A DNA stretch of 64,000 nt from Octopus sinensis (lineage: Eukaryota): assembly GCF_006345805.1 (NCBI RefSeq), contig NC_043001.1, positions 100,006,001 through 100,070,000 on the forward strand. The letters are read 5' to 3'. Below the pieces are notes generated by a model. It made no database searches and had not been told where the DNA came from. It saw only the letters and a program-made list of their open reading frames with translations. The position numbers and the translations under genes were made by a program. Of this stretch, positions 40,167 to 54,041 are shown piece after piece. Within the stretch, counting starts at the first letter, position 1, and the number at the start of each line of letters is the position of its first letter.

Positions 40167-42610
40167 CATACATATACACACACATTTACCATTTTAATGT
40201 TTACTATTCAATGCTTGCTTGTGTCTTGAAGAAATTTGCTGAGGCTGATTTTCTATCACTTGATACTCTTCTTTTCATCAATCCTCACCTATTTCCAAGC
40301 AAGATAATATTTCTGCTAGGCTGGACATGTTTTGCATGGAAGATGGTAAACAAATAACACTGTATTTGTCTGAGTAGGGATTTAGTTTACAAGAGGCCTC
40401 TTTTAGTTTCGTTTCTACAAAATTCACTCTTAAGGTATTATTTTTATTCAACTGAGGGCTATAATAGGAAACACTTGCTTAAGGTGCACACTGTGGGTCT
40501 GAACCAGAAACAATATAGTCACATACTGACCCTCATGACTGCATGCTCATGCTTCCCTCTCCCTCTCTCTCTCATATATGTATCAGGTGCAGTCATGGCT
40601 GAATGGTTTAAAAGTTCAGGTTCAAAGCATGTGATTGAGAGTTCAAACCCACCACATAAAAGCTATTGGCTGTTGTTCTCTGCCATATTTGCAGCTTGAT
40701 CAATACCTTGTGGGGGAAATTGCGAGACAGAAACTGAAGAAGGTCTTCATATATCCTCATCACTATTTTCACTTCCACTTTTTTCATGCTTCACCTTTTC
40801 CAACGAGGGAAACCTTTTCCCCCATGGCCAGACATGTTTATCCAGAAGATTGGAAATGAATCACACAGTGTATATCAGAGAGACAATTGATTAACAACTA
40901 TCATGTGATGTCAAAATAGATAAGCGATTCCTTTTTATAGAATTTGTTACATTTCTCTATATACAGATCACTGCCTTTTAATATCTTTTTATCAATTTGC
41001 AAAAGTATTATGCGGTATTCTAGAATCTTCCTCTCTTCACTAGACATCCGCACTTAGAGATATCTGCTCTATTTCTTATAGAGTACCTGTTTTATGAGAG
41101 AGTGCAAATAATTATGGTTTTAGCAGAAACATACAGTCTGTTGCCAAACACGATTAGAATGTTATATGAACAAAACGCTATGTATGTTGATGTTAAAATC
41201 TGTCTATCAAATCATAGATGCATTATGTCTACCTAATAACCATGACACTACAAAATCAGAAGAATGGGCTGCAGGACACAGGGTTATCATATAAATCACA
41301 AAATATTTCTTAACATTAACTTTTGTAACACCTTTCATTATTTACAAATTGGTTTTAATTTACTTTATCTTTTGTTGCCCTTATATTTTATTTTCAATTT
41401 AATTTTAGTTTATTTCCCTTTATTCCTCGTTAATAATTTTTAATAATTCAAATGGTAGATTTTAATCTTAATTCATTCCTTTTTCCTTTTACTTTTTCAC
41501 TGCATCACAACAAGGGAAGTAAGTACAGGGTGACCCCCAAAAAACAGAACTCATAAAGATTTTATTGAATCCCACAAAGGTCCAGCAAATTTCTTGAAAT
41601 TTGCTGGACTTAAACTTTGTGATTTAAATTCTGGTTACAAAATTGCTGATCTCCAACAACATGAAACTTTAGGTACAAGAATGGTAACAATAAATATGAT
41701 CCTTACTTGAAAAACAGGTATAAGTTAGTGTCAAGAAGAGCATCTAGTCATAAGATATTTCTATTTTATAGTCAAGGTTTTGTTGAAAAATAATATTCTG
41801 AAGTGAGGGACAATTTAAATTATTCTAGATTTTAGGCTCGGAAAATCAATGGCCAACTTAGAAACCATTTAGCTTATTTTCCACTGGAGGCAATATTCAG
41901 TTTAAACAATAGTCCTTTGAGCTTTTTATGTTTTAGCTCTTATCATTGTTTTATTCACTTGTCTAATTAATAAGTGACAGTAAAACCATTGAGTCTGACA
42001 CAAAGAAAGTGGCAGTGAGTACAGTGAATGGAAGAAATTATGTAAATACACCTTACAATAAAATAAAATAAATTCACCCATGATGAAAAATTAAAAAACA
42101 AAACAAGACATTTATCAGTAATTTTATAATTTTGACTGAAATTTTTCTACATCCCCATCAAAGTCTATTTTACATGAATGTGCAATTATTTGACAATTTT
42201 CTTTTCCATGTTGATGACATTATGAAGTTATATAATACACCTTCATGGAAGTTGGTTTTCCTTTTCTGAATTATCTGAATTTACTAAAGATTTCTTTTGG
42301 GAAATGTCAAATTTAAAGAATTTAAGATATTGCCAGGTTTTAATCAGTTATTACAAGTACTTGATGTTATTTCTGTTCACCTCTTTGAAATGAAGAAGTG
42401 AAGAAGGCTTTAATGAGAGTATTTGCCATTCTCTATGAATTGGCAATAAGTCAAGATTCTGAGTTGTTTAGAGCTCCAGGAGGTTGTTTAGAAGAGAAGT
42501 GACTGAGATTTGGTGACATGTCTATCTAAAATATATTATTAGTGAAGTAAAGGAAATGATTACAATCAGGATTTAGAGTGAAGTAATCTACCTGCCTCTA
42601 CATAAATGTA

Positions 42611-43235
42611 TCAGGTTGAGTAAAAGGTAAGCAACGTTTTGAACCATGAAGAATTTGCACCAGACTTTTTCAGAGTTTTGAATTTTTTTTTTAACCTATT
42701 TTTGCAATTGTCTGATAATACAATCATAAACTTGCCCAAAAACATCAATAAATTAACAGTGATATTTTTTTCCACCGTTGTTACAATCATCTGAAATGGA
42801 ACTCTTAAAGCTCGATATTCGAGCAATTTTGCTATTCGACTTCAAAAAAGGACATAAAGCAGCTGAAACTGCTTGCAATATCAAGGAAATGTTTGGTGAG
42901 GAAACAACCAGTGAGTGGTCAGCTCGAAAAGGGTTTAAACGATTTCATAGTGGAGACCTGAGCCTTGAAAATTGTGAGCACCGTGGATGACCATCTGTCA
43001 TTAATGACAGTAAATTGAATACCACCGTTGAGAAAGATCCATGTAAAACCACTTGAGAACTGGCAAAAGAACTTAGAACTCAAGTTTGCCAGAAAACTGC
43101 CTGCAACCATTTGTATGCAATCAGAAAATCAAAAAAGCTCAACAAATGGGTACCACACGATTTCAATGGAAAGCAGAAAATGTGCAGATATGAAATTTTC
43201 TCATTGCGTCTTCTGTGTAACCAGACCAATTTAAT
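42611..43235 (+). mobile_element. mariner transposon 5' half (TIR plus transposase N-terminus, pseudogenised)
   Basis: TA followed by TIR tcaggttgagtaaaaggtaag. MELLKLDIRAILLFDFKKGHKAAETACNIKEMFGEETTSEWSARKGFKRFHSGDLSLE...G*PS...ELAKEL...KKLNKWVPHDF (WVPHEL motif). Confidence 0.92.
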
Positions 43236-43785
43236 TCATTGCATCCAGTGTAAACTATGGACACATAAAAAATGCAGTGAAATTACAGGTGGAATCACAA
43301 GTAGATTAGAAAGTGTTGTCTTTTTATGTGGCAGATGTGCAGTAACAATATGCACAAGGGACACACAGGAATTAGACTTTCTCAAATGCCCAGAAGGCTC
43401 TCTCAAGGTTGTAGATAGTTTTTGTTACCTAGGTGCCCAAATTAGAATAGGATGGAGGATGCTCTGAAAGTATTGTTGCTAGAATTAAGAATAAGATGGA
43501 GGAAGTTCAGAGAGTTGTTACCGTTGTTGGCAACAAAAGGACTCTCTCTCAGAGTGAAAGGTAGACTGTATGATGCTTGTGTATGAATGGTCATATTCCA
43601 TGATAGTGAGACAGTGCTCTGAATGCAGAAAACTATCTTTGCCTTGCAAGTTACTTGGTGACCCCCACCAGTGCTGGTGCCACATAAAAAGCATCCAATC
43701 CCCTCTGTAACATAGCTGGCATCAAGAAGGGCATCCAGCTGTAAAGATCCTGCTAAAACAGACAGCAGTAGCCTTCTGCCTATAG
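43236..43785 (+). mobile_element. RTE LINE fragment with an internal deletion, joined to the family C 3' region
   Basis: IHCIQCKLWTHKKCSEITG...FLCGRC...KCPEGSLKVVDSFCYLGAQI; then caagaagggcatccagctgtaaagatcctgc. Confidence 0.85.
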
Positions 43786-44252
43786 ATAGATAGATAGATA
43801 GATTTATTTACCTAACTAAAACAGTGCATTTAATAATAAGGTTGAGTCCAAAATATATCATCAAATAGGGCTGTTCATCCCTTAGTCTCGGTCCATCTGA
43901 TCCAGAGCAAGTTGCAGAACATTTGCTGAAAATTTCTGAGATGCTCCCATACAAGCTTGTGTGATCCTTTAGCCATAGGCTCAGCTGATATGAAGCTAAA
44001 AAAAATCTCTTCAACACAAAGAAACAAGGTTTTCCTGTAACTATCATCATCATCATCATCATCAGCTTCATCCTTACAACTGTAACAACATCAACTCTCA
44101 ACTACATTTTGTTACAAGCACACACACATACAATTTATTGTTGCACAAACCTTGCTGTTAACATTTTACCCAAGCATTTTACTGAGTTTGTAGAAACTCA
44201 GTTTAGTTTTTAATAAATGTAATGTTTTTTATGTCTGTTGTAAAAGACTCAC

Positions 44253-44297
44253 CTTGGTTTCTTTTATTAAATGCTTTCAACATATACAATATTCTTC
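44253..44297 (-). CDS. Candidate 45-nt internal exon of an unidentified host gene
   Basis: tattttacAG|GAAGAATATTGTATATGTTGAAAGCATTTAATAAAAGAAACCAAG|GTgagt; one open frame, (G/R)RILYMLKAFNKRNQ, phase 1-1. No homology recognised. Confidence 0.3.
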
Positions 44298-45914
44298 CTG
44301 TAAAATATTCTAACATCAAACAGTAGTTCTACCATACAAGTTATTACTTTACACCCGTCAATGACTATGGGAGAAGAATGGATTGGACTAGATTGAAAAA
44401 ATGAAAAATAAGGTATTTATTTTTATTTTAGCTTTGAAAGATAGAATAATATTGGCTGAATCTAATGGCTACCTCACACTTCCAAAACCAAAAAATAAGT
44501 AAACTGTGAACAAAAACAAACTAAATCACTAAACAACCGTGAAAACATTCTGTCAATTCAATAACTGTAGTCGCGTTTATTTGTTTCTAACATTACAACT
44601 TAAGCCGGAGATTTTTTGTGAGAATACTTCAAAGCTACTATTACCAAATCTCTTTGGTTCAAAAGAACTACAAAAAAGTAATTTCTTTTCAAAACACTAA
44701 AATAATTACGAATTTATTAATTCGAAATTACATTCTAGTTTACACAGCCAGACATGTTAATCAACAGGAATACAGAATGAACACCAAAATCAAAACACAT
44801 TTTGGCAATCAGTTTAGTAACGGTTTAAATAGCAGAACTCAGTGCATCTCTCAAAATCCTTCCCCTTCCCAAAAACTGTATATGATCCAGTTTAATATGA
44901 TTCTCTATTAAATCTGACGCCAAATGTATTGACAAGGAATATAAACGTCCCTTCCCTCCCAATTAATGGCAAAAGAAAAAAACTAAAAGCACTTTCCATT
45001 CACTTTGTTGGTAAGTGGGTCTAGAGTTGGGAAAAAATCTAAAACTAACTACAAGATGATGTATCATTCCAAACAGATGTTTAGCTCAGAACATAAAAAA
45101 ATAACACTTGCTCAAAAAAATGCTTTCTTTAAAAGATTTTCAGTGGGGGAGGGGGTGTTGTACGCCTGAATAAATAATGCTACAAAGAATCTTCATTGAA
45201 TATTTCACCAAGACTAAACTAATTTAAGGAAAACAAACAGGGAAGCATTTGGGAACTTCCACAAGTTATTTATTTAGAAGTGCCACATTGTGTGTAAAAT
45301 ATAGGTGTAGATTGTATGGGAAAGCCACAGTATGTTTGTGTATGAATACGTCAATTCATGTGTTAGTATGACTTTACTTAGATCTATGTAATGTGAATTG
45401 TCATATGAACATAAAGTTGCGAATGCATGTCATATCGTCTATTTTATATTCTTCCACAATATGTATTTGAATGAATTCATATGCAGGTATGCGGATATAT
45501 GTGTGATTTATGACCATGCGGTGTTATTATGAAGCAGTATTGTAAAACAAGATGAGAATAGTTAACTGGGAAAGTTAAGTGAGCAGAAGAAGATAGAAGA
45601 CAGACAAGTAAATGAAGGCAACTGAGAGAAGAAGAGAGAGCTTTAGTGATGGACATTGAGATCGTCTGTAGACTTACAACATGTCTGACACTTAAAAACC
45701 ATTAAAAAGAAAAACATGCTCTCTAGGTGAATGAATATATATTGGCAGATTACCAGAGACAGCTAGTTTAATATTATTTGACCATGTTAACGTGCATGCA
45801 CACACACATCCACACACATAGACACACACACAGACACACACACACATCCACACACACACACACACACACATATACATACATACACATACATATAAACATA
45901 CATATATACAAGTT

Positions 45915-46800
45915 AATGTCACCCACATATTGTTTTGCTGATGAACCAAAGTTATATTCTGGTAAAGTAATCAACGTTTGGAGACAGAAATAGTCAGAAC
46001 ATTCTCATGAGATATAGGAATGCTGTTGGGGCAAAAGACAAAAGCTTGTAAACGATAGTCAACCGAGGAAAGATTGTCAACCAGACAGAAGACATGTACA
46101 TCAATGGCTTGTCTCTCTTCGTGATCTCTAATGAAGAAAACACCTTGGAATGGATGAGAATGTTGCCTACATTGGTGCAGTGACTAAAGCCAGAATAACA
46201 AAAGAGTACTTCTGTAGATTCCGGAAAATATGGAACTCAAAGCTGTCTGCATTTAACAAGACCATATCTCACAATGCTTTTGCAGTACCAGTACTAGTGC
46301 CAATGTTTGAGATATTGGACTGGACACTCAATGAGATACACAGCCTGGACATCAAAACCAGAAAGGTACTGACCACCACTGGCAATTTCCACATTACCAG
46401 CAACACCAATAGAATTCAGGTGAGAAGAAGTGATTTTTGGTAGAGGTATAAGGTCAGTGCAAACAGCCTCTCAATGCTGCAGACAACACCTGCTGAGCAG
46501 GAAAGAAAGAAATGAGTATCTTCCATGCATACTCGAAAGTGAGAGCAATAACATTCTTCAGAGTTGGAGAAGAAGTACTGTGCAAGTACTCTGAGAATAT
46601 ATAACTGTCTCATGGACCCCAAAGGAGGCTGGACTGGTCGACCTAAACAGAAGCTTGGAGGAAAAGCAGGCATCATACCAGCAAAAAGCAATGCATGGGT
46701 AGAGAACCTGTAAGCTATGGAGAATGCTGACAACTATTGAAATAAAAGGAAGAGAGTTGGCTGGGAGAAACAGCAATAAAAAGCCTCTTGCTAGTTAAGG
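45915..46800 (+). mobile_element. R4/Dong-clade LINE RT/post-RT fragment, decayed
   Basis: CFADEPKLY (degenerate YxDD-LKL); KARITKEYFCRFRKIWNSKLSAFNKTISHNAFAVPVL...LDWTLNEIHSLDIKTRKVLT. Confidence 0.8.
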
Positions 46801-49308
46801 AGTAAAAGACAGGAACTGGAACCCATAAGAGGAATATGGGTAGTAATTTGGCTCTCCCTGCTGGACCACTGACAGCAGATCATTGTGTTTCAGGGTCAAA
46901 ACACTCAAGGATTATTGGACATTCTGTGATGATATCAATTCCTCTTGGTTAAAGGCAACAAACACCAAATTGGAGAAGTAACATCCTTTCCATAGAATTA
47001 TTCAGTCCTTATATGTGTGTGTGTGTGTTAGATATAACAAGTAAAAGAACCATTGAATGTAGATGTTCCCTGTGTATACAACTTCAGTTTTAAATAAATA
47101 TTTTAGGTTACATTCTAATGAAATTGAAAATTTCTGACTGCTGTATCAGTTGAACTCTCAATTATCACCAACCAATAATAACATTACCATCTTTGTCTGC
47201 CACCTGTCTTTTTTCACCAATTCAACCATTCATAAGCTTTCTCTCTCCCTCCCTCCGTCCCTCTCTCCTTCTCTCTATTCCTCTCTCTCTTGTTCATTAT
47301 GTATTATGTCAATGCACAATTATGATTAACTGTGACTGAAGACTTCAACTTCAGACTAACTTGTAACATTCTTTTCTTTTGACTGTGTCTTACAAGATTT
47401 TAATCTCCAAGATGGCTACTGGAGGACTTGCGATTACTTTGCAGATTATCTCTGCTGACAGTAAACTAACTTTTCATGATATATTTAACTGAACCCTCAA
47501 ACTAAGGAGTTCTGCTTAGAATCAATAGTGTAGCCCTTCTTAAAATCACCAATGAGAACCACACACTTTCATGTTTATAAACTAATTCATTGAGAACAAC
47601 AATGTTGATCCTTTCCAGCAACTGAAACAGAGAGAGTAAGAGACAACTGATTCTGTATTTATTGAAATTGAATTGTTAAACCATGCAGGAGAAGCAATAA
47701 CAATCATAAAAACGATCTCATTGCTATTAGTTTGGGTGATGATAAATAAAATTATAAGTACAGTGTTTTACAGCCACTTAAAAGAGAAATACAACAAATT
47801 AAAAGTTTCACTACCAACAGTCACTGGACCATTCCTATTTATGGAAGAATCTGATATTTAACATAAGGCTTGGTATTTTCCAATATCTCAAAGAGTATTA
47901 GAGAACCAGATATTGCTGTAATATTGCATAGATGACTGAATGCATGTGTGTATAAAATGAGTCTTTATTCCAACTTGTATATGTGAGTCACAAAGGAGAG
48001 AGAAGAAAACTCCTCCAAGCAATTTACAAAGAATTTTAACTGAAAATAGGTTATGTCCTTTCCTTTGTTGTTATACAGAATATTGTGGCTAGCTTTACTT
48101 TCTGTATATGTCAGTGAACAGGAGAGAATTTAATTCTTTAAAAAAAAGTCACCCTCAAAACCAGTTGTCTTAAAGACAGAGTCTAAAATCTGAACCTTAA
48201 GATGTTAGTATCACTAACGGTGACAAAGAAAAGTGTAAAATATTCACTTAGCTCCAACAGTCCTGCCGTTAAATATTTTCTACTGAAACTTAACAGACAT
48301 GTTTATGAATCTGGATTAATGTTATATTAAAGCAAAAATATATTATAAACCCATTTAACAGACCTTCAGATAACAGCAACTGAAAAAACTTGCTTCCATA
48401 CATCAATCATCTTTTGTAACAATTAACTATAACAAAACAATAAGGCACTAAAAGAGAATGACTCTCCCCAGACACAACAAAACAATAAGCAATTTACTAG
48501 TATAATTCCTGCTTACAACTCATCATAATTCTATTTACACAGTTTTGTTAGGGCACTTGGCCAATCAAGGGCCCTCACAGCAACTGTGGTAACACTAATA
48601 TACCAGCAGTTTGTGCTCTGTTTACAGATAAAACCCTTTGTCATTGGCCAATTACAAAACAGACACCATAGTTACTGGTTCTTTGGAACACTCAAAGGTG
48701 TCTTCTTGAAAAGCCTCAGCAAGTCATCACTTTGTCATATGCAAAAGGATTTTAATATATCGTCGAAAAATAATAAGAATTTTATTAAAATATTGTATAA
48801 AAATATGTTAATAAACTTTACATCTTTAAATTGCAAATGGCTTTAAAATGCAGATTATTAGTATATTACACACACACACAAGCATGTACATACATATACA
48901 AACATGAATATGCAAAATATATACATACATACGTACACACATGTATACACACACATACACACACACAACAAAATGCATGCATGCATACATACATACATAC
49001 ATACATTCGTTCGTATATACATATGTATATACAGAAGCACACATGCATGCTGACACCCACACATGCACACAAATAGACAAAAGGAATGGAGCTCTGATAA
49101 CGGACAAAGACAACATCCATTGACAAGTTTGTAAAAGCAACGAAAATTTTGGAAAAAAAAACATAAATAATAAATGAGTGGAAATCAAACTGGTGAGTGT
49201 GTTGGATATTAAGGCAGTAGGACTCTCCTTGGACACAACAAAACTTGTTTCAACACACAAATTCACATAAAGAATCAAGCAAACCACATACAAAAATGAA
49301 ATAAATAA

Positions 49309-49373
<65 letters not shown>

Positions 49374-49994
49374 TGTGTTTCTGTAATAAATACATTCAGT
49401 AAATATAACAGTTTTATTACCCAAATACAAATGAAGCCCATCCATGAGAATAATCAAATGAATTAGAGTAGATGAGACCAAAGACAAGAGGAAGCAATCC
49501 GAATACAATCCTAAAGATAGTCTCAGGAAGGAAAACAGGGTTTGCAAATGAAAAGAAAAAAACCCACATGCATTGTACTTTGTCCAATGTATATCAAAAT
49601 AGGTCTGTGGTAAAAGAACTTGGTGATAAGGATGATGTTTGAATTGTGACAGAAGAGGAAACCTGTAATCAACAGAGATGTTCAGACCCTTTATTTTGGA
49701 CACATGAATATTTATATATTGCCACAGTTTTGAAAGAAATCAACTCAGCAGTGTAAATGTTGACTTACAAAAATGGAGAAAAACATTACAAGGAACAGTA
49801 ATTAGAACTTAAATGTAAAATGGATGGTTTGTTGCCATTGAAGACTTCAGTTTGATGTGTGTGATGATAGCGTTGGTCAGAGTTTGTAGGTGTTAGGTAT
49901 TAGGTAGAGTTGGAGTAACTAAGTTGAAGCAGCCTTATCATTCTAATTAACAGCTCTGAATTATAGCATTTTATGTTTTTAATCAGCAACTAAT

Positions 49995-50056
49995 ATGTGT
50001 ATAAATGCAGGTGTGTGTATATATACATATGCATGCATATGCATATATATATATAT

Positions 50057-50100
<44 letters not shown>

Positions 50101-50129
50101 GTGTGTGTGTGTGTGTTGTGTGTGTGTGT

Positions 50130-50170
<41 letters not shown>

Positions 50171-50354
50171 GTGTGTGTGTGTGTATGTGTATATATATAT
50201 ATATGTGTGTGTGTGTGTATGTGTATATATATATATATGTATGCATGTGTATATATATACATACGTACACATATGTATACACACACATACACACACACAA
50301 CAAAATGCATGCATGCATACATATATATGTATGTATATATATATTTATATATAT

Positions 50355-50403
<49 letters not shown>

Positions 50404-50464
50404 ATATATATATATATATGTACGTGTATATATATATATATGTACGTGTATATTATATATATAT

Positions 50465-50510
<46 letters not shown>

Positions 50511-50696
50511 TATACATATATATGTATGCATGCATGCATTTTGTTGTGTGTGTGTATGTGTGTGTATACATATGTGTACGTATGTATGTATATATACACA
50601 TGCATACATATATATATATATACACATACACACATACACATATATATATATATATATATATGTACGTGTATATATATATGTATATATATGTACGTG

Positions 50697-50758
<62 letters not shown>

Positions 50759-50798
50759 GTATATATATGTATGTGTATATATATGTATATATATGTAC

Positions 50799-50847
<49 letters not shown>

Positions 50848-50948
50848 ATACATATATATATATGTATATATATGTATGTGTATATATATATGTATATATA
50901 TATATATTTGTGTATATATATATGTGTGTATATATATGTGTGTGTGTG

Positions 50949-50979
<31 letters not shown>

Positions 50980-51149
50980 TTATATATGTATATATGTATA
51001 TATATATATGTATATATATATATGTATATTTATATGTATATATATATATATATGTATATTTATATGTATATATATATGTATGTATGTATACTACGTGTGT
51101 GTGTGTGTTTGTGTGTGTATATATTTATATATATGCACACTATGTATGA

Positions 51150-51190
<41 letters not shown>

Positions 51191-51200
51191 TACATATATA
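49995..51200. repeat. ~1.2 kb TA/TG/CA microsatellite field with an internal inverted duplication
   Basis: Seen directly; about 50195-50330 is the reverse complement of about 50510-50650. Confidence 0.95.
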
Positions 51201-52371
51201 GTTACAGATAAATGTATGCACACACATACTTTGACAAGCATAATCACATACACTTGGAAAGTTATACACCCACATACAGGACTGCATTGATGTATACACA
51301 TGCAGGTGTATACACTTAGCAATGAGTTAATTAAGCAGAAATAATTTGTAATGAACACAACAGGAATTGATTATTGATTATTGATCGGCAGAAAATTGTG
51401 GTGCATTTGAAGGAGTTGACTGGTGTACAAGAGACACAAGGACTAATTAATCGATAAATCAAATTAGTTCAATATAAAAATATTGAGTTGAAATATGATT
51501 AGCCATTTGAAACAGATGAGTTGATATGTGTTGCATGTATAGGGAGAGAAAAGTATTTGGGACAGAACGGCAATAATCGCTGGTATCAGAACAATTTAAT
51601 CCTCACAGTTGTGGATAGCAGTGAGAAAATTGATACTAATGTAATGTTAGATATTGAAATTTATCCATGTCAATGTGGATGAATGATTGTTAAGCCGTTG
51701 GTGAGGAGTTGGAGGCAATTTTGTTGACTTTTTATTTCATTAAAATTTACATTATATCAGACAGTTTTATACAATTATGCAAGCTAATACAATATTACAC
51801 TAGTTGAAGTTTATTTCAACCAACAGCAGTATTTGCTGGTGTGAAGAGATTAGAAGAGAGAAACAGGTGTAGTCCAGAAGCTGAATGCACTTACAGTCTA
51901 GGTTAGTGCCTTGTGTGATGTATTAAAAACCAATTCCTGGTGCTATTAGAATGTACAGCAAAATATTTTATTGCTAAATGTGAAACCCATAGAAGTCTGG
52001 AAATGGGCTGTTGCATTTAAAATTTCATAACTATGGATTAAAATTGATTCAGAAAGTTTGATAAAAACTACCATCACCTTTTGATGGTACAGATATTTTA
52101 ATAAAACTTAACAATCAATTTATTTTCCTACAACAACTAATATCAGCAACTTCCATTTCCCTTATACTATCACCGAAAAATGAAAAGAAAGCATTCAGAA
52201 GTCATTCTAACTATATCAAAGTTTGTCAAGGTAGCATGAGACATTATCTGGGTGGAACATGGGTTACTTCAAAATGGGAACTAAAGAAATAGCAAGTCAG
52301 TAAAACTTACAATGAAAGGGTTTGGGACAAAAATGGCTGAGAAACGACTGGTTTGTATCATGGAATATATT

Positions 52372-52782
52372 ACTCTTTTACTCTTTTACTTGTTTCAGTC
52401 ATTTGACTGCGGCCATGCTGGAGCACCGCCTTTAGTCGAGCAACTCGACCCCCGGACTTATTTTTTGTAAGCCCAGTACTTATTCTATCGGTCTCTTTTG
52501 CCAAACCGCTAAGTAACGGGGACGTAAACACACCAGCATCGGTTGTCAAGCAATGCTAGGGGGACAAACACAGACACACAAACATATACACACACTCTTA
52601 TATATATATATACATATATACGACAGGCTTCTTTCAGTTTCTGTCTACCAAATCCACTCACAAGGCATTGGTCGGCCCGGGGCTATAGCAGAAGACACTT
52701 GCCCAAGATGCCACGCAGTGGGACTGAACCCGGAACCATGTGGTTGGTTAGCAAGCTACTTACCACACAGCCACTCCTGTGT
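52372..52782 (-). mobile_element. SINE family A, full length, young (CpGs intact)
   Basis: Minus strand caggagtggctgtgtggtaagtagcttgctaaccaaccacatggttccgggttcagtccc...; (aaaagagt)n tail. Confidence 0.93.
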
Positions 52783-53289
52783 CTATAACTTACTTTATAA
52801 AAATGAGAATTTAATAAAAGACTCAAACTGAAACATATTATAGGTCAATGTTATCCAACACTTTTACTTTGTGATAGAATCTGTATTCATGATAAAGATT
52901 TCTAACTTTACTATGATGCCATACAAGTGATGTACTCTGTATTAAATGGATCCATGAGGATGTATTGCTAAGTTAAATGATTAAAGGTATAAGATTTGAA
53001 TTTGAGATGTACAACAAAATGAAATGAGTTTTGATGAGCTCTTTTACTGATTCCCATAAGAATGATTTTTAGCATAAGCACAAGGACTCAAATATTGAGG
53101 AAGAAACAATTTCAGTGATCTCAGTACTTGACAAGCTCTTCATCAATTCTAGAAGGATGAAAGACAAGATTTTACTGTAGTGGTATTTGAATTCAGAACA
53201 TAAAAGCACAGAAGTGAATACCACAAGGCCTTTTGTTTGCTGTTCAATGGATTCTGTCATTCCCTGTCCTCACTGACTGTAATGGTGAT

Positions 53290-53480
53290 TTTCATCAGAA
53301 GCAAAAAGCCATAAATTTAGGGGAGGGGTGTCAGGTGACTGAATCAACTTGAATACCTGACTGGTTGTACTTATTCTATGGAACCTAGAGAGGGTACAAT
53401 GTTGTCCCTGATAGGATTTGAACTCAGAACATAAATAAATATAACAAAGCAATTTGTTCAATGCTCTACTAAATTTACCA
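53290..53480 (-). mobile_element. SINE family B, decayed
   Basis: ctgactggttgtacttattctatggaacc...ggatttgaactcagaac; similar decayed copies at about 39640-39850 and 39900-40075. Confidence 0.6.
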
Positions 53481-54001
53481 TTTCTCAACTATGATATCAA
53501 TAAGAATCAATACCAATAAAACAATGATTTCAAAAATGGAAAAAAAAAATTTTTTTCATTCTCACCTTAACGCAAGGTGAAATGTTTTTAGTACAGAAGA
53601 GTATAACACAATGCAAATAAATCCTTATGTGGATACCTGATACTTATTTTACCTGCAATCAGAAGGGGGAAATCTATTTAAATGCAAAACATGTAGGGAG
53701 GATGAAAATTAAGATATTGCAGAGTTTGCCAGAAGCTATACAGTGTCTGAAGTTTCACTGTCTTTTATGCATAAAATCAATAATAATAATGATAATAATA
53801 ATAATAATGATGATGATGATGGTGGTGGTGGTGGTGGTGGTGGTGGTAGTAGTAGTAGTAGTAGTTATTACTACCAAATTTCAATACAGACAAAATAATG
53901 TTTAACTCGTTCAGTTATTGTAAATGTCGAAAAATAAACTCATTCATAATTCTTCATAGTCAAGAAATAAGAAGTTGTTTTGGCCTTCTCACCATTCACT
54001 T

Positions 54002-54041
<40 letters not shown>

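Noticed and set aside
37581-44007. Further minus-strand exon candidates (about 37581-37767, 38510-38692, 43818-44007), also 47570-47626 and 49570-49670
   Set aside because: Good acceptors, but the phase-compatible chains give no recognisable protein; such sites are expected by chance in 64 kb of AT-rich DNA.
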